Below the pieces are notes generated by a model. The model searched no databases, was not told the origin of the DNA, and saw nothing but the letters and a program-made list of their open reading frames with translations. From contig OZ241863.1 of NCBI GenBank assembly GCA_965203055.1, positions 1,472,001 through 1,536,000 on the forward strand: 64,000 nucleotides of DNA. The letters run 5' to 3'. The position numbers and the translations under genes are program-made. Positions 39,299-48,515 of this stretch are shown here, piece by piece. This DNA comes from Spirochaetia bacterium. Its GTDB lineage: Bacteria > Spirochaetota > Spirochaetia > SZUA-6 > Bin103. Each line of letters begins with the position of its first letter. Position 1 is the stretch's first letter.

Positions 39299-39739
39299 CT
39301 ACCTGCCTTGCGCCCTGCGGACGGCTTCGCCGCCGGCGGCTCCCGCCGCCAGCGGTTCCCGCCGCTGAGGCGGGTCCTGCCGCTGAGGCGGGTCCTGCCG
39401 CTGAGGCGGGTCCTGCCTCACTCGCGGTTCCCGTCGCGCGAGCGGGTCCTGCCGCGCGAGCGGGTCTCGCCGCACGATGAAGCACTTCAGCACCTCGGGC
39501 AGCAGACCGGCGGCCTGATAGATGCCCTGAACGCTTTGTGGATCGGTCTCGATCTCGTACCGGGTGTAGTGTCCCCGATCCTGCTTGGCGATCGGGTAAG
39601 CGAGCGCTCGCTCACCCACGTCATCTTCGCCGCTGATCCGCGTTGCGGCCCGGGCGAAGATCTCCTGTACGGCCTGTTTGCCGCGTTCCGTTGCCTCGGC
39701 CTCGGGGCGAAACACGAACGTGGCTTCGTATGACGTCAA
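39299..39739 (-). CDS. rpsF: 30S ribosomal protein S6 with repetitive C-terminal extension
   Basis: YEATFVF, G.RALAYPIAK...GHY; first gene of rpsF-ssb-rpsR; TTG start after GGAG. Confidence 0.9.
   Translation of the reverse strand: MTSYEATFVFRPEAEATERGKQAVQEIFARAATRISGEDDVGERALAYPIAKQDRGHYTRYEIETDPQSVQGIYQAAGLLPEVLKCFIVRRDPLARQDPLARREPRVRQDPPQRQDPPQRQDPPQRREPLAAGAAGGEAVRRAQGR
39347..39472 (-). repeat. Seven 18-bp coding repeats in the rpsF tail
   Basis: GCCGCTGAGGCGGGTCCT x3 exact plus degenerate units (RQDPPQ/RQDPLA/RREPLA). Confidence 0.9.
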
Positions 39740-39841
39740 ATAGCGCTCCAAACTTGCATGTTATTGCTCCTATAATCTAGCGGCGCCGCGCCAAATGTCA
39801 ACCGCCCGCCGCGGCCGCCGGCGGCGCGCCGGGCGCGCGGA

Positions 39842-40555
39842 TTACCGGAGCAGCAGCGGGCGGTCGCTACGCGGCGCGAACTTCCGTTCCCGGGGCGAAT
39901 AGGGCAGTGCCAGCCGAGTCAGGTCGAGCTGCGCGTCCACCACCTGCCAGCCGCCGGCGCCCGCTTCGAGATAGATTTCGCCGGCCACCCGTCCCGGCTC
40001 CCCGAACAGACGGATGGCGGCGTGCGCCTCGCGCTCCGCCACGGTCACCGCTCCAATCCGCGCCGCGTGCGGCACGGCGCCCGCGTCCAGGTGGTACTGC
40101 AATGAGCGTCGGAGGCTGCGCAGCCGGTCCGGCGCGACGGCCGCGGCCGCGATTTCGCCCTCGGCCAGCGCGCGCAGAAAGGTGACCAGCGCGGCGGTGA
40201 CCGCGCCCGCCGGCTCGTCCGGGGCGATCAGGTCCTGCAACGGTCCGATGGCGTAATCCTGCGGCATGACGCGCTTCCCGCGCGGGTAGAGCAGGCGCCG
40301 GGCGCTGGCGCGGGAAACGGCCGGCAAGGCGGCCGTTTCCCCGTCCGCCGCCGGCGCAGTATCCGGCGAATCGGCAGCCGCGGCGCTCGGGTCGCCCGCC
40401 GCGGCCGCCGGCGGGGACTCCGCGGCGCCGGCGGCGGGGGGCTGCTCGTCGGCGCAGCCGAGCAGCAGCGCCGCGCCCAGGAGGGCGGCAAGCGCGCCGG
40501 CGGCGCGCGCCCGCGCCCGCCGCCAATCAGTAGTGCTCCGAGAACACCCGCGCAC
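39842..40555 (-). CDS. Hypothetical lipoprotein; start uncertain
   Basis: Basic N-region, hydrophobic stretch, LLGC lipobox, PQDYAIGPL; follows DUF503 gene. Confidence 0.65.
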   Translation of the reverse strand: MRGCSRSTTDWRRARARAAGALAALLGAALLLGCADEQPPAAGAAESPPAAAAGDPSAAAADSPDTAPAADGETAALPAVSRASARRLLYPRGKRVMPQDYAIGPLQDLIAPDEPAGAVTAALVTFLRALAEGEIAAAAVAPDRLRSLRRSLQYHLDAGAVPHAARIGAVTVAEREAHAAIRLFGEPGRVAGEIYLEAGAGGWQVVDAQLDLTRLALPYSPRERKFAPRSDRPLLLR

Positions 40556-40814
40556 TACGGATCGGGAAGGCGGAGTTTTCCTCCGCGAAGGAAATGATCT
40601 TGTGCAGTACGGCCTCGCCGAAGGTATGCGAGTTGGAGACCACCGCGCAGCCGATCTCCGCGGTATGCCACAGCTCATTGGCGCCGACCTCGGCTACCGA
40701 TACCTTGTACTTGCTGCGGATGCGGTCCTTCAGCGAGCCGATCGCGCGCCGCTTCTCCTTGAGCGAGCGCACGCCGGGCAGATCGATCCCCAACTGCAGC
40801 ATCGACACCACCAT
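40527..40814 (-). CDS. DUF503 family protein
   Basis: SLKEKR...LKDRIRSKYKVSVAEV...LW..AEIGCAVVS. Confidence 0.9.
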   Translation of the reverse strand: MVVSMLQLGIDLPGVRSLKEKRRAIGSLKDRIRSKYKVSVAEVGANELWHTAEIGCAVVSNSHTFGEAVLHKIISFAEENSAFPIRSARVFSEHY

Positions 40815-40821
40815 GATGCGG

Positions 40822-42618
40822 ATGAGCGCCAGTATAGCAGGACCCGGCTCCGCAGCGCTGCCCGACCAGCGCACGATCCGGCTGCTCGACGAGCAGGTGG
40901 CGGGGCGGATTGCCGCCGGGGAGGTGATCGACCGCCCCTTTTCCATCGTGCGCGAGTTGCTGGACAACGCCATCGATGCCGGGGCCGACGAAATCGACGT
41001 GGAGCTGCACTCCGGCGGCCTCGGCCTGGTGGCGGTGCGCGACAACGGCCGCGGCATCGGGCGCGCCGATCTCGAGCAGGTGGCGTTGCGCCATGCTACC
41101 TCGAAGATAACGGACGAGCGCGACCTGCAGCGGGTCACCACGCTGGGGTTTCGGGGCGAGGCGCTGGCCAGCATCGCGGCCTGCGCGCTGCTGGAGGTGA
41201 CCAGCCGGCCGGCGGCCGCGCCGGGCGCGGCGCGGCTGGTGGCCGGCGCCGGCGGGCGCCGGGTAACCGCCGCGGCCGCGGCGCCCGGCACCCGGGTGCA
41301 GGTGACCCGCCTGTTTGCGGAGCTGCCGGCGCGGCGCCGGTTTCTGCGCCGCGCCGGCACCGAAACCTCGCTCTGCCGGCGGATGGTGCTCGAAAAGGCG
41401 CTGGCCCATCCCGGCGTGACGTTCCGCCTCACGGTGGACGGGGCGGCCGACACGGCGTTGCCCGCCTCCGCCCCGCTGCAGCGCGTGGCGGAGGCCCTCG
41501 GCGGCCGGCTGCGGCCGGACGATCTGTTTCAGGCGCGGCGCCGCTTTGCCGATTTTGAGGTTGCCGTGATCGGCGCCCGCCCGGAGCTCGCCGGCCGCGA
41601 CCGGTCGCGGCTGCTGGTGTTCGTCAACCGCCGGCGCATTCAGCAGTTCGGTCTGACGCAGGCGGTGGAGTACGGCTACGGCGCGGTGCTGCCGGGCGGC
41701 CGCCATCCGGTAGCCTGTCTGTTCGTGGAAATCGAGCCGCGGCTGGTGGACTTCAACGTGCACCCGGCCAAGCGGGAAGTGCGCTTTCGCAACCTCGCCC
41801 CGCTCCATCAGGCCGTGGTGCGCGTGGTCCAGGAGGTGGCGCCGCAGTTCGGCAGCCGCTCGCCGCTGGCCGCGCCCGCGCCGCCGCCCCCGGCCGGCAA
41901 CCTGCCGTTCCGGCCGCCGGCGGCCCTGGGCGAAACGCTGGCCGAGTCGCCGGCCGGCTTCACGGCCAGCCCGGCGCCGGGGCCGATTCTCGACCGGCCG
42001 CCGGGGATGGCCGCCGCGGCGATGATTCCGGCTCCCGGCCCGGCCCCGGGAGCGCCCGCGGCGGCGCCTGACCCCGGCGCCGGAATGCGCTACCTCGGAC
42101 AGACCCTGGGGCTGTTCCTGCTGGTCGAAATCGGAACCACCCTCTACTTCGTGGACCAGCATGCGGCGCACGAACGGGTCCTCTTCGAAGACTTGCGGCG
42201 GCGGGCGTTTCCCGTCCAGCGGCTGCTGCTGCCGATTGCGCTGGAGCTGGAACCGGCCGCCGCGGATGCGCTGGCCGCGGCGCGCGCCCGGCTGGAAGAG
42301 TTGGGAATCGTGCTCGCGCCCGGCGCCGGGCGCCCGGCGCGCATTACCGCCCTGGCCGAGCCGCTGCACCGGATTCCGGGCGAGTGGCTGGCGCGCTACC
42401 TGGCCGGCCTGCGCGGCAGCGAAGCGGACCTGGAGCGCGCCGTGCTCGCCGACGTGGCCTGCAAGCTGGCGGTGAAGGATGGCGAGGTGGTGGATCACGA
42501 GGCGGGCGCCGCCATCGCGCGCCGCTCGTTCGCCATCGACCTGCAACACTGCCCGCACGGGCGCCCGTTGTGGTACGCGGTGGCGCGCAACCAGTTGGTC
42601 AAGCGGGTAGGCCGCTAG
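40822..42618 (+). CDS. mutL: DNA mismatch repair endonuclease MutL
   Basis: IAAGEVIDRP, RHATSKI, GFRGEALASI, VDFNVHPAKREV, DQHAAHER, CPHGRP. Confidence 0.96.
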   Translation: MSASIAGPGSAALPDQRTIRLLDEQVAGRIAAGEVIDRPFSIVRELLDNAIDAGADEIDVELHSGGLGLVAVRDNGRGIGRADLEQVALRHATSKITDERDLQRVTTLGFRGEALASIAACALLEVTSRPAAAPGAARLVAGAGGRRVTAAAAAPGTRVQVTRLFAELPARRRFLRRAGTETSLCRRMVLEKALAHPGVTFRLTVDGAADTALPASAPLQRVAEALGGRLRPDDLFQARRRFADFEVAVIGARPELAGRDRSRLLVFVNRRRIQQFGLTQAVEYGYGAVLPGGRHPVACLFVEIEPRLVDFNVHPAKREVRFRNLAPLHQAVVRVVQEVAPQFGSRSPLAAPAPPPPAGNLPFRPPAALGETLAESPAGFTASPAPGPILDRPPGMAAAAMIPAPGPAPGAPAAAPDPGAGMRYLGQTLGLFLLVEIGTTLYFVDQHAAHERVLFEDLRRRAFPVQRLLLPIALELEPAAADALAAARARLEELGIVLAPGAGRPARITALAEPLHRIPGEWLARYLAGLRGSEADLERAVLADVACKLAVKDGEVVDHEAGAAIARRSFAIDLQHCPHGRPLWYAVARNQLVKRVGR

Positions 42619-42675
42619 GCGCGCCGGCGCCGGGGCGCCGCGGCAAGCAGGGCCTCCGCCGCGGCCGTGCCGGTG

Positions 42676-43059
42676 TCAGCCGCCGTCCGCCGTCAGGCGC
42701 GCGTATTCTTCGCCTGACAGGAGCTGGTCGAACTCCGCCGGATCCGCCATCTCCAGGACGAAGATCCAGCCCGCTCCCAACGGGTCGAGATTGATCAGCG
42801 CGCGGCCTTCGGCGTCCGCCAACCGCTCGTTGCAGGCCACCACGGTCCCGCTCACCGGCGCATACAGCTCACCCGCCGACTTGAGCGACTCGACCGCGCA
42901 CAGCGCGCTGCCGGCGGCCGCCCGGGTGCCGATCCGCGGCAGCTCCAGGTAGGCGATCGCGCCCAGCTCACGTTGCGCAAAGTCGGACAGGCCGACGGTA
43001 ACCCGGCCCGGCGCGTCGCGCCGGGCCCACTGATGGTCGTGCGAGTAGCGTAGTTCCAT
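42676..43059 (-). CDS. gcvH: Glycine cleavage system H protein
   Basis: YSHDHQW, GLSDFAQRELG, lipoyl motif VESLKS, YAPVSG. Confidence 0.92.
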   Translation of the reverse strand: MELRYSHDHQWARRDAPGRVTVGLSDFAQRELGAIAYLELPRIGTRAAAGSALCAVESLKSAGELYAPVSGTVVACNERLADAEGRALINLDPLGAGWIFVLEMADPAEFDQLLSGEEYARLTADGG

Positions 43060-43084
43060 GCCAAGTTCGCCAGGTTCCATGACT

Positions 43085-45568
43085 TCAATCGAGCAGTGGA
43101 TTGGCGCTCGGCCGCCCGGCGCTCGGCTCCGGCGCGGCGCCCGCCGGAGCCGGCCGCCGGGTCAGGGCCGCGCCGCCGGCGCGCGGCGGATCCAGCGCCA
43201 GCCCCAGCGGGGGCCCCACGTCGATGGCCAGCAGCGAGCTGCGCAGGTTGGCTATCACCTCGGCGCGGCGCTCCGATTCATGGGCCAACATTCGGTCCCG
43301 CTGCTTGGGATCGGTGCCGGTAAGGAAGACCTCGGCAATGATCTCTTCTCCCGGCGCGCCGGACGGGAGCAGTCCCGAGCGGGCATTTACGGTCACCTCG
43401 ATCAACCCGGTGGAGGGACGCACGAAGCGCTGCGGCTGCTCCGGCTCGATCTCCTTCATGTACTCGGCCCACGCCGGACCGGTGGCGGTGGCGCCGGTCA
43501 GGTTCAGCCCCAGGGTCTCGCCGCGCTCGTCGAAGCCCATCCACAGGGCCGTGGCCTGGCGCGGCGTAAAGCCGACCGTCCAGGCATCGGACCAGTTCTG
43601 GGTAGTGCCGGTCTTGCCGGCCGTATCGCTGGCGAATCCTCCGGCCTGGCTGCTGGCCCAACGCAGCGTGCCCCACTGCACGGTACTCTGCAGCAGGTTG
43701 GTCATGAGGTAGGCCACCTGCGGGCTCATGATCTGGCGCGCGCGGCGTTCGGCCCGCTGGCGCGCGCGCAACTCCTTTTCCACTTCCAGCACCATGCGTC
43801 CGCTGCGGTCCTCGATATACTGGATGGCGAGCGGGGCCACCGACCGCCCTTCGTTCGCGAACGTGGCATAGGCGCGCGCCATCTGCAGCGGCGACACCGC
43901 GATCACGCCAAGGCCGAGCGGGTACTTGCGCGGGAACGTCGCCTCTATCTCCTCCGCTTCGGAAATGCCCAGCATGCGGGCGGAGCGGTCGATGGCGGCG
44001 TCGAAGCCGATCTCGTCCAACACCTTGAGCGAGGGCACGTTCATCGAGCGGGCCAGCGCGGTGCGCAGCAGTACCGGTCCCTTCCACTCGCCCCGATAGT
44101 TCAGCGGTACGTATTCGGTGCCGTCGTCATTGATGAACGCGACCGGGGCGTCGACGATCATGGAAGCGGGCGTGAAGTGACGTGAGCTGATTGCGGCCGA
44201 ATAGTAGAGCGGCTTGAACGCGGAACCGGGCTGCAGCCTGCCCTGGGTGGCGCGGTTGAACTGATTGCCGGTCTCGAACTTGCTGCCCCCTACCATCGCC
44301 AGAACGTGGCCGCTGCGGGTGTCGAGGGTAATTACGGCGCCCTCCACCTGGGTTCGCTTCGCCTCCTGCTCGACCCGGTCATAGGCGACCCGGGAGATGA
44401 AGCGCAGGTCATCGGCAGCGAGCGTCATTCCCAGCAGGTCGAGGGTCGGCGCCAGCTCGCGGATGAATTGCTCGGTGCCCTGCTGGCGGGTACGGACCCC
44501 CGCCACGCGCAGATCGCCGACGTTGAAGCTGAGCGAGAGCAGATCGATGAGCGGCAGGAAGCTCCGGTCGGCGGCCTCGAGCCGCGCCTGCGCGGCGCTG
44601 CGGCGCGTGTCGTTGACCCGTTCCAGGTGGCGGGTCAGCACCGCTTGCGCGGCGTGCTGGTAGTCCAGATCGAGGGTGGTGTGGACGGTCAGTCCATCCT
44701 GATACACGTCCATCGAGCCCAGCAACAGCTCGTCCAGCCGGCCGCGCACGTATTCGCTGAAGTAGGGGGCCGCGTCCGCGCGCTCCAGGAACGCGGTGGA
44801 GCGGTTCGACCGGGTAAAGTCGTAGTTGTCCCAGTACTGCCGAAAGGAGCGTTCGGCGTCAGCCGCGCCGGCGAAGCCGAGCGCCGCCATCTGGTTGAGG
44901 ATCTCGCGCTGCAGCGTGCGCGCCCGGTTGGGGTGATTGATCGGCGAGTTTCCGCCCGGGCGGTTGAGCTGGATCACCAGCATGGCGGCCTCGGCCAGGG
45001 ACACGTCGCGGGCCGAGTGCTTGAAATAGAATTGAGACGCCGCCTCCACCCCGTAGGTTCCCTCCCCGAAGTACACCAGATTGAGATAGCGCTCCATTAT
45101 TTCGTTCTTGGTGAGCCAGCGCTCCAACTGAATCGACCACCACAGTTCCACCAGCTTGCGGCGAATGGTGATCTCGGTGCGGTCGGCGTAGACGGTGCCG
45201 GCAAGTTGTTGCGTGATGGTGGAGCCGCCCGACCAGAAACGGCCGCTGATCATGTTCCAGGCGGCGCGAATCGTGTCCGGGATGCGGAATCCCGGATGCT
45301 CGAAGAAGTGACGATCCTCGCGCGTCAACAGCGCCTGGATCAGGTGCGGCGAGATCTCTTCGACGCTGATGATTTCCCGCTTCTGGTCGCGGAAGAACTC
45401 GGTGATCAGACGTCCGTGACGGTCGAGTATTCTGGTGGGTAACGCCGGCCGGTCGCGCTCGTATACGTCCAGACTGCGAATGTTGCGGGTCGCGGCAATG
45501 GCTAGGCCGGAAGCGGTTCCCACCGCCAGCGCCACCAGCAGGCAGACCGCGGCTTGCGCCCGCGTCAA
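43085..45568 (-). CDS. Class A penicillin-binding protein (PBP1A family)
   Basis: Transglycosylase EDRHFFEHPG and GGSTITQQL; transpeptidase SAFK, SMN, KTGT. Confidence 0.94.
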   Translation of the reverse strand: MTRAQAAVCLLVALAVGTASGLAIAATRNIRSLDVYERDRPALPTRILDRHGRLITEFFRDQKREIISVEEISPHLIQALLTREDRHFFEHPGFRIPDTIRAAWNMISGRFWSGGSTITQQLAGTVYADRTEITIRRKLVELWWSIQLERWLTKNEIMERYLNLVYFGEGTYGVEAASQFYFKHSARDVSLAEAAMLVIQLNRPGGNSPINHPNRARTLQREILNQMAALGFAGAADAERSFRQYWDNYDFTRSNRSTAFLERADAAPYFSEYVRGRLDELLLGSMDVYQDGLTVHTTLDLDYQHAAQAVLTRHLERVNDTRRSAAQARLEAADRSFLPLIDLLSLSFNVGDLRVAGVRTRQQGTEQFIRELAPTLDLLGMTLAADDLRFISRVAYDRVEQEAKRTQVEGAVITLDTRSGHVLAMVGGSKFETGNQFNRATQGRLQPGSAFKPLYYSAAISSRHFTPASMIVDAPVAFINDDGTEYVPLNYRGEWKGPVLLRTALARSMNVPSLKVLDEIGFDAAIDRSARMLGISEAEEIEATFPRKYPLGLGVIAVSPLQMARAYATFANEGRSVAPLAIQYIEDRSGRMVLEVEKELRARQRAERRARQIMSPQVAYLMTNLLQSTVQWGTLRWASSQAGGFASDTAGKTGTTQNWSDAWTVGFTPRQATALWMGFDERGETLGLNLTGATATGPAWAEYMKEIEPEQPQRFVRPSTGLIEVTVNARSGLLPSGAPGEEIIAEVFLTGTDPKQRDRMLAHESERRAEVIANLRSSLLAIDVGPPLGLALDPPRAGGAALTRRPAPAGAAPEPSAGRPSANPLLD

Positions 45569-45588
45569 CCGGTACCGCCTCGAGTACC

Positions 45589-45625
45589 AAAAGAAACGGT
45601 CGGCCCCCGGGTGGGGGACCGACCG
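45589..45625 (-). terminator. Rho-independent terminator
   Basis: 12-bp stem CGGTCGGTCCCC/GGGGGCCGACCG followed by TTTCTTTT on minus strand. Confidence 0.8.
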
Positions 45626-45791
45626 ACCCTTTCGGGCGCCGGCGCAAAATGAAGTAAACTGGGAGGGGAACTAAATCTTGCGACCGACACCCTGATTATC
45701 GACAGTGAACGGCGAAACCTGAGACACGAAGGCAAACCCGCCGGCATCGCCATGACGGCGGGAGATTCCATTACCCCAGAGGGTCGCCATT
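45589..45791 (-). ncRNA. Candidate ~200-nt structured RNA or leaderless small-ORF transcript
   Basis: Bounded by a consensus promoter and a terminator; lower GC than flanks; several helices; family not recognised. Confidence 0.45.
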
Positions 45792-45795
45792 GGCG

Positions 45796-45824
45796 AGTAT
45801 ACGCTATCCGCGCGCCGCTTTCAA
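45796..45824 (-). promoter_or_regulatory. Sigma70 promoter TTGAAA-N17-TATACT
   Basis: Near-consensus hexamers with 17-nt spacer. Confidence 0.75.
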
Positions 45825-45852
45825 CTCTCCGCGCGCAGTTTTTCAATCGGGT

Positions 45853-46290
45853 CTACCGGAGTCGCGCCGGCCGCACGAACAGCAGCACGCCGGCCAGTGC
45901 CAGCGCCGCGGGCAGCGCCAGCAGCCCGGGCAGAGTCCCCCAGCGCGCGAACAGCAGCAACTCGCCCAACGCCAGCAGCGCCACCCCCGCGCCGCGCCCG
46001 GCGACCTGCGCCGCGGCGGCGGCGCGCGTTCGCAGGTAACGGCCGGCGGCCGGCGCCCGGCGCGCGCCGCGCAGCAGGCGGGCGCCGGCAACCGCGCACA
46101 GCACCGCGGCGGCCGCGGCGGCGACGAGCCAGTTGTAGACCGGGGTGGCGCGGGTGGCGATCAGCCACAGGGGAACGGCGATGGCGGCGCCGCACGCCGC
46201 CGCGGCCAGCACCACGGCGCCGAGAACCGCCATTACCCGAAGCAACGCCAGGTAGCCGCGCACGATGCGGCGCGCAAGTCCGCTCCCCAC
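45853..46290 (-). CDS. Hypothetical membrane protein
   Basis: About four hydrophobic segments; follows the ABM gene on the same strand. Confidence 0.55.
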   Translation of the reverse strand: MGSGLARRIVRGYLALLRVMAVLGAVVLAAAACGAAIAVPLWLIATRATPVYNWLVAAAAAAVLCAVAGARLLRGARRAPAAGRYLRTRAAAAAQVAGRGAGVALLALGELLLFARWGTLPGLLALPAALALAGVLLFVRPARLR

Positions 46291-46345
46291 GGCGGCAGCG
46301 CTCAGCGCCCCGAGCCCGGTCGAACGCGCCCCAATCGCCGCGGCG

Positions 46346-46666
46346 CTAGCCGTCGCCGATGGGACGGGTAACGCGCGCGGTGACGTCGCCGGTGCGCAGC
46401 GCCGCCATGGCCGGTCCGTACTGCTTCATGTGCGGCGCCTGCAGGTGGGCGGCCAATGCCGCGGCCGACTCCCACTGTTCGATCAGAGTAACGCGCTGCT
46501 CGTCCGGCGGCTCCTGGATGGGGAGCGGGGAGGGGGTATCGACGGTGTAGTCGTAGCGCAGACAGCCGGCCTCGGCGCGCACCAGCGGCGCCAGCTCCCG
46601 GGCCGCGGCGAGAAACCGTTGCATGCAGCCGGGCGCGATCCGCATGGTGACGATGACGTGAACCAT
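46346..46666 (-). CDS. Antibiotic biosynthesis monooxygenase (ABM) family protein
   Basis: VRAEAGCLRY, IEQWES..AL.AHL.APHM. Confidence 0.88.
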   Translation of the reverse strand: MVHVIVTMRIAPGCMQRFLAAARELAPLVRAEAGCLRYDYTVDTPSPLPIQEPPDEQRVTLIEQWESAAALAAHLQAPHMKQYGPAMAALRTGDVTARVTRPIGDG

Positions 46667-46699
46667 ACCCACAGAATACCCGGTCCGCGGCCCGGCCTG

Positions 46700-47365
46700 C
46701 TACGCCGAGCCGAACACGTAGCGGGCGAGCAGGGTAGCGGTCAGTCCACCGGTGCGGCGCCACGCGAAGGTGGCCTCGGGGCGGCCGAACATTACCGTGC
46801 CGTGGAACCCGAGGGTCAGCCCTTGCAGGATGTTCCAGGAGGCGCCGGCGGCCGCCACCCCGGAGGCGTCGAGCGGCGACACCACGCCGCTCAGCGACAG
46901 ATTCCAGCCGTCGGCCGGGCGGTAGCCGAGCTCGGGAAACAGGTACAGCCCATAGTGGTCGAGCGCCGCCGGGGGCGGCGGCGCGCCGGTGTCCCAGGCG
47001 CGCCACGGGCGCACGCCCGCCTCCAGCAGCAGGCTGACGGCGCCGGCGGCCGGCCCGAGGTCCAGAAACGCGAGGCCGCCGCCGGTGAGCAGCAGGTGGT
47101 GCGCGGCGGCGCGGCGCAGGTCGGCGCCGGCGGCCGCAGGCAGCGCGGTGCCGGCGCTCAGGTGCCAGTCGATGCCGGTGACCGCTCCCTTCAGGCTGAG
47201 GTAGCCGCGGTGCGCCCGGGCCGCCCCGTCCCCGGCCGCGGCGGGCGCCGCGGCGTACAGGTAGCCGCCCTCCACGGTCAGCTCGCCGAGCCGCGCCACG
47301 GCGCGCCCGCCGGCGTCGGTCCGGTCGATGGTGAGCGGATCGAGCGGCGGCAGCGCCACCAGTTC
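46700..47365 (-). pseudogene. C-terminal fragment of a putative outer-membrane beta-barrel protein
   Basis: Alternating beta-strand pattern ending ARYVF; no start or signal peptide; joined out of frame to permease fragment. Confidence 0.55.
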
Positions 47366-48050
47366 CAGCGGTCACGGCGACGGCGTAGCAGAACACGAAC
47401 AGCGTGGAGCGCACGCTGAGGCGCGGGTACAACACGTCCGCGAAGTCCAGCTCCACTCCCTCCAGGGCGGCGCCGTAGTCGAGCCCCACCTGCGCGAGCG
47501 GCAGCACGATGGCGCAGCCCAGCGCTACCCCGACCAGCGCCGCGCCGGCGCCGATGAACAACGCCTCCAGCAGGAACAGGCGCGTGATCTGAGCTCCGGT
47601 CATCCCCAGCGCGGCGATGGTGCCGATCTCCTTCCTGCGCTCGAACACCACCATCAACGTGGTGTTGACGATCACCGTGGTCGCCAGCAGGAAGAAGAAC
47701 AGCGCCACGAGGTCGTAGACACGGGTAGCTACCTGCAGCATCGGGAACAGCGGATTGGCCTCGGTCCAGGACTGCACGGCAAGCGCCGGCGGCGCCTCCG
47801 GCAGCTCGGCGCGCAGCGCCGCGCCGAGCGCCGGCGCCTGCTCCTCGCTGCCGGCGTACAGCAGGATCTCGGTGACGCCGTCGGCCGCGGTCAGCTTCAG
47901 GAACCGCTGCGCCACGTCCAGCGGCGCCAACAACAGGCCGCGCATACCGCCGATCGGATAGCCGATCACGCCGCTGACGGTGAAGGTCCAGGCCTGGGTG
48001 CTCAGCAGCGCGGTGCGGGTGAGGATGGTCAACTTGCCGCCCGCCGCCAG
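47366..48050 (-). pseudogene. LolC/E (FtsX-domain) ABC permease fragment 2
   Basis: IVNTTLMVVFERRKEIGTIAALGM...FLLEA; N-terminal half and C-terminal end missing. Confidence 0.8.
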
Positions 48051-48515
48051 GATTCCAGGCGCCGCGGAAGATTCCGGTTACCCGGTAGCCGAGGTTGACG
48101 TCGCCGTACAGCGCGCGCAGGTCGATGCCCCGGTTGACCAGCCACCAGGTGGCCGCGGCGCCCGCCGCCAGACCGGCGAGCGAACCGAGCAGCCCGATGG
48201 CGCCCGCTTCGAACACGATCGCGGCGCGCAGCGCGGTATCGTCCATGCCCAGGGCGCGCATCATTCCGAACTCGCGGATGCGTTCGTACACCGCGAGCAG
48301 CATGGTGTTGGAGATTCCCATCGCGGCGATCAGGAAGATGAGGAACAGCAGCACGCCGTTGCTGGAACTCTTGGACTCCCTCAGCGCCAGGTAGTCAGGC
48401 GCCAGCTCGGTCCATCCCGCGGCCGCGGTCCCGGGGACGGCGCCGGCGAGAGCGGCGTTCAGGCGCTCGATCTCGCGCTGCGGCAGCGCGCCGCCCGGCG
48501 CCCGCAGAGCGCGTC
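48051..48515 (-). pseudogene. LolC/E (FtsX-domain) ABC permease fragment 1
   Basis: GISNTMLLAVYERIREFGMMRALGM; N-terminal half and last TM missing. Confidence 0.8.

Noticed and set aside
45731..45770. c-di-GMP-I riboswitch (GGCAAACCC...GGGA on + strand)
   Set aside because: No GNRA tetraloop or following GCAAA/P3 element, and the orientation is opposite to the promoter, terminator and downstream gene.
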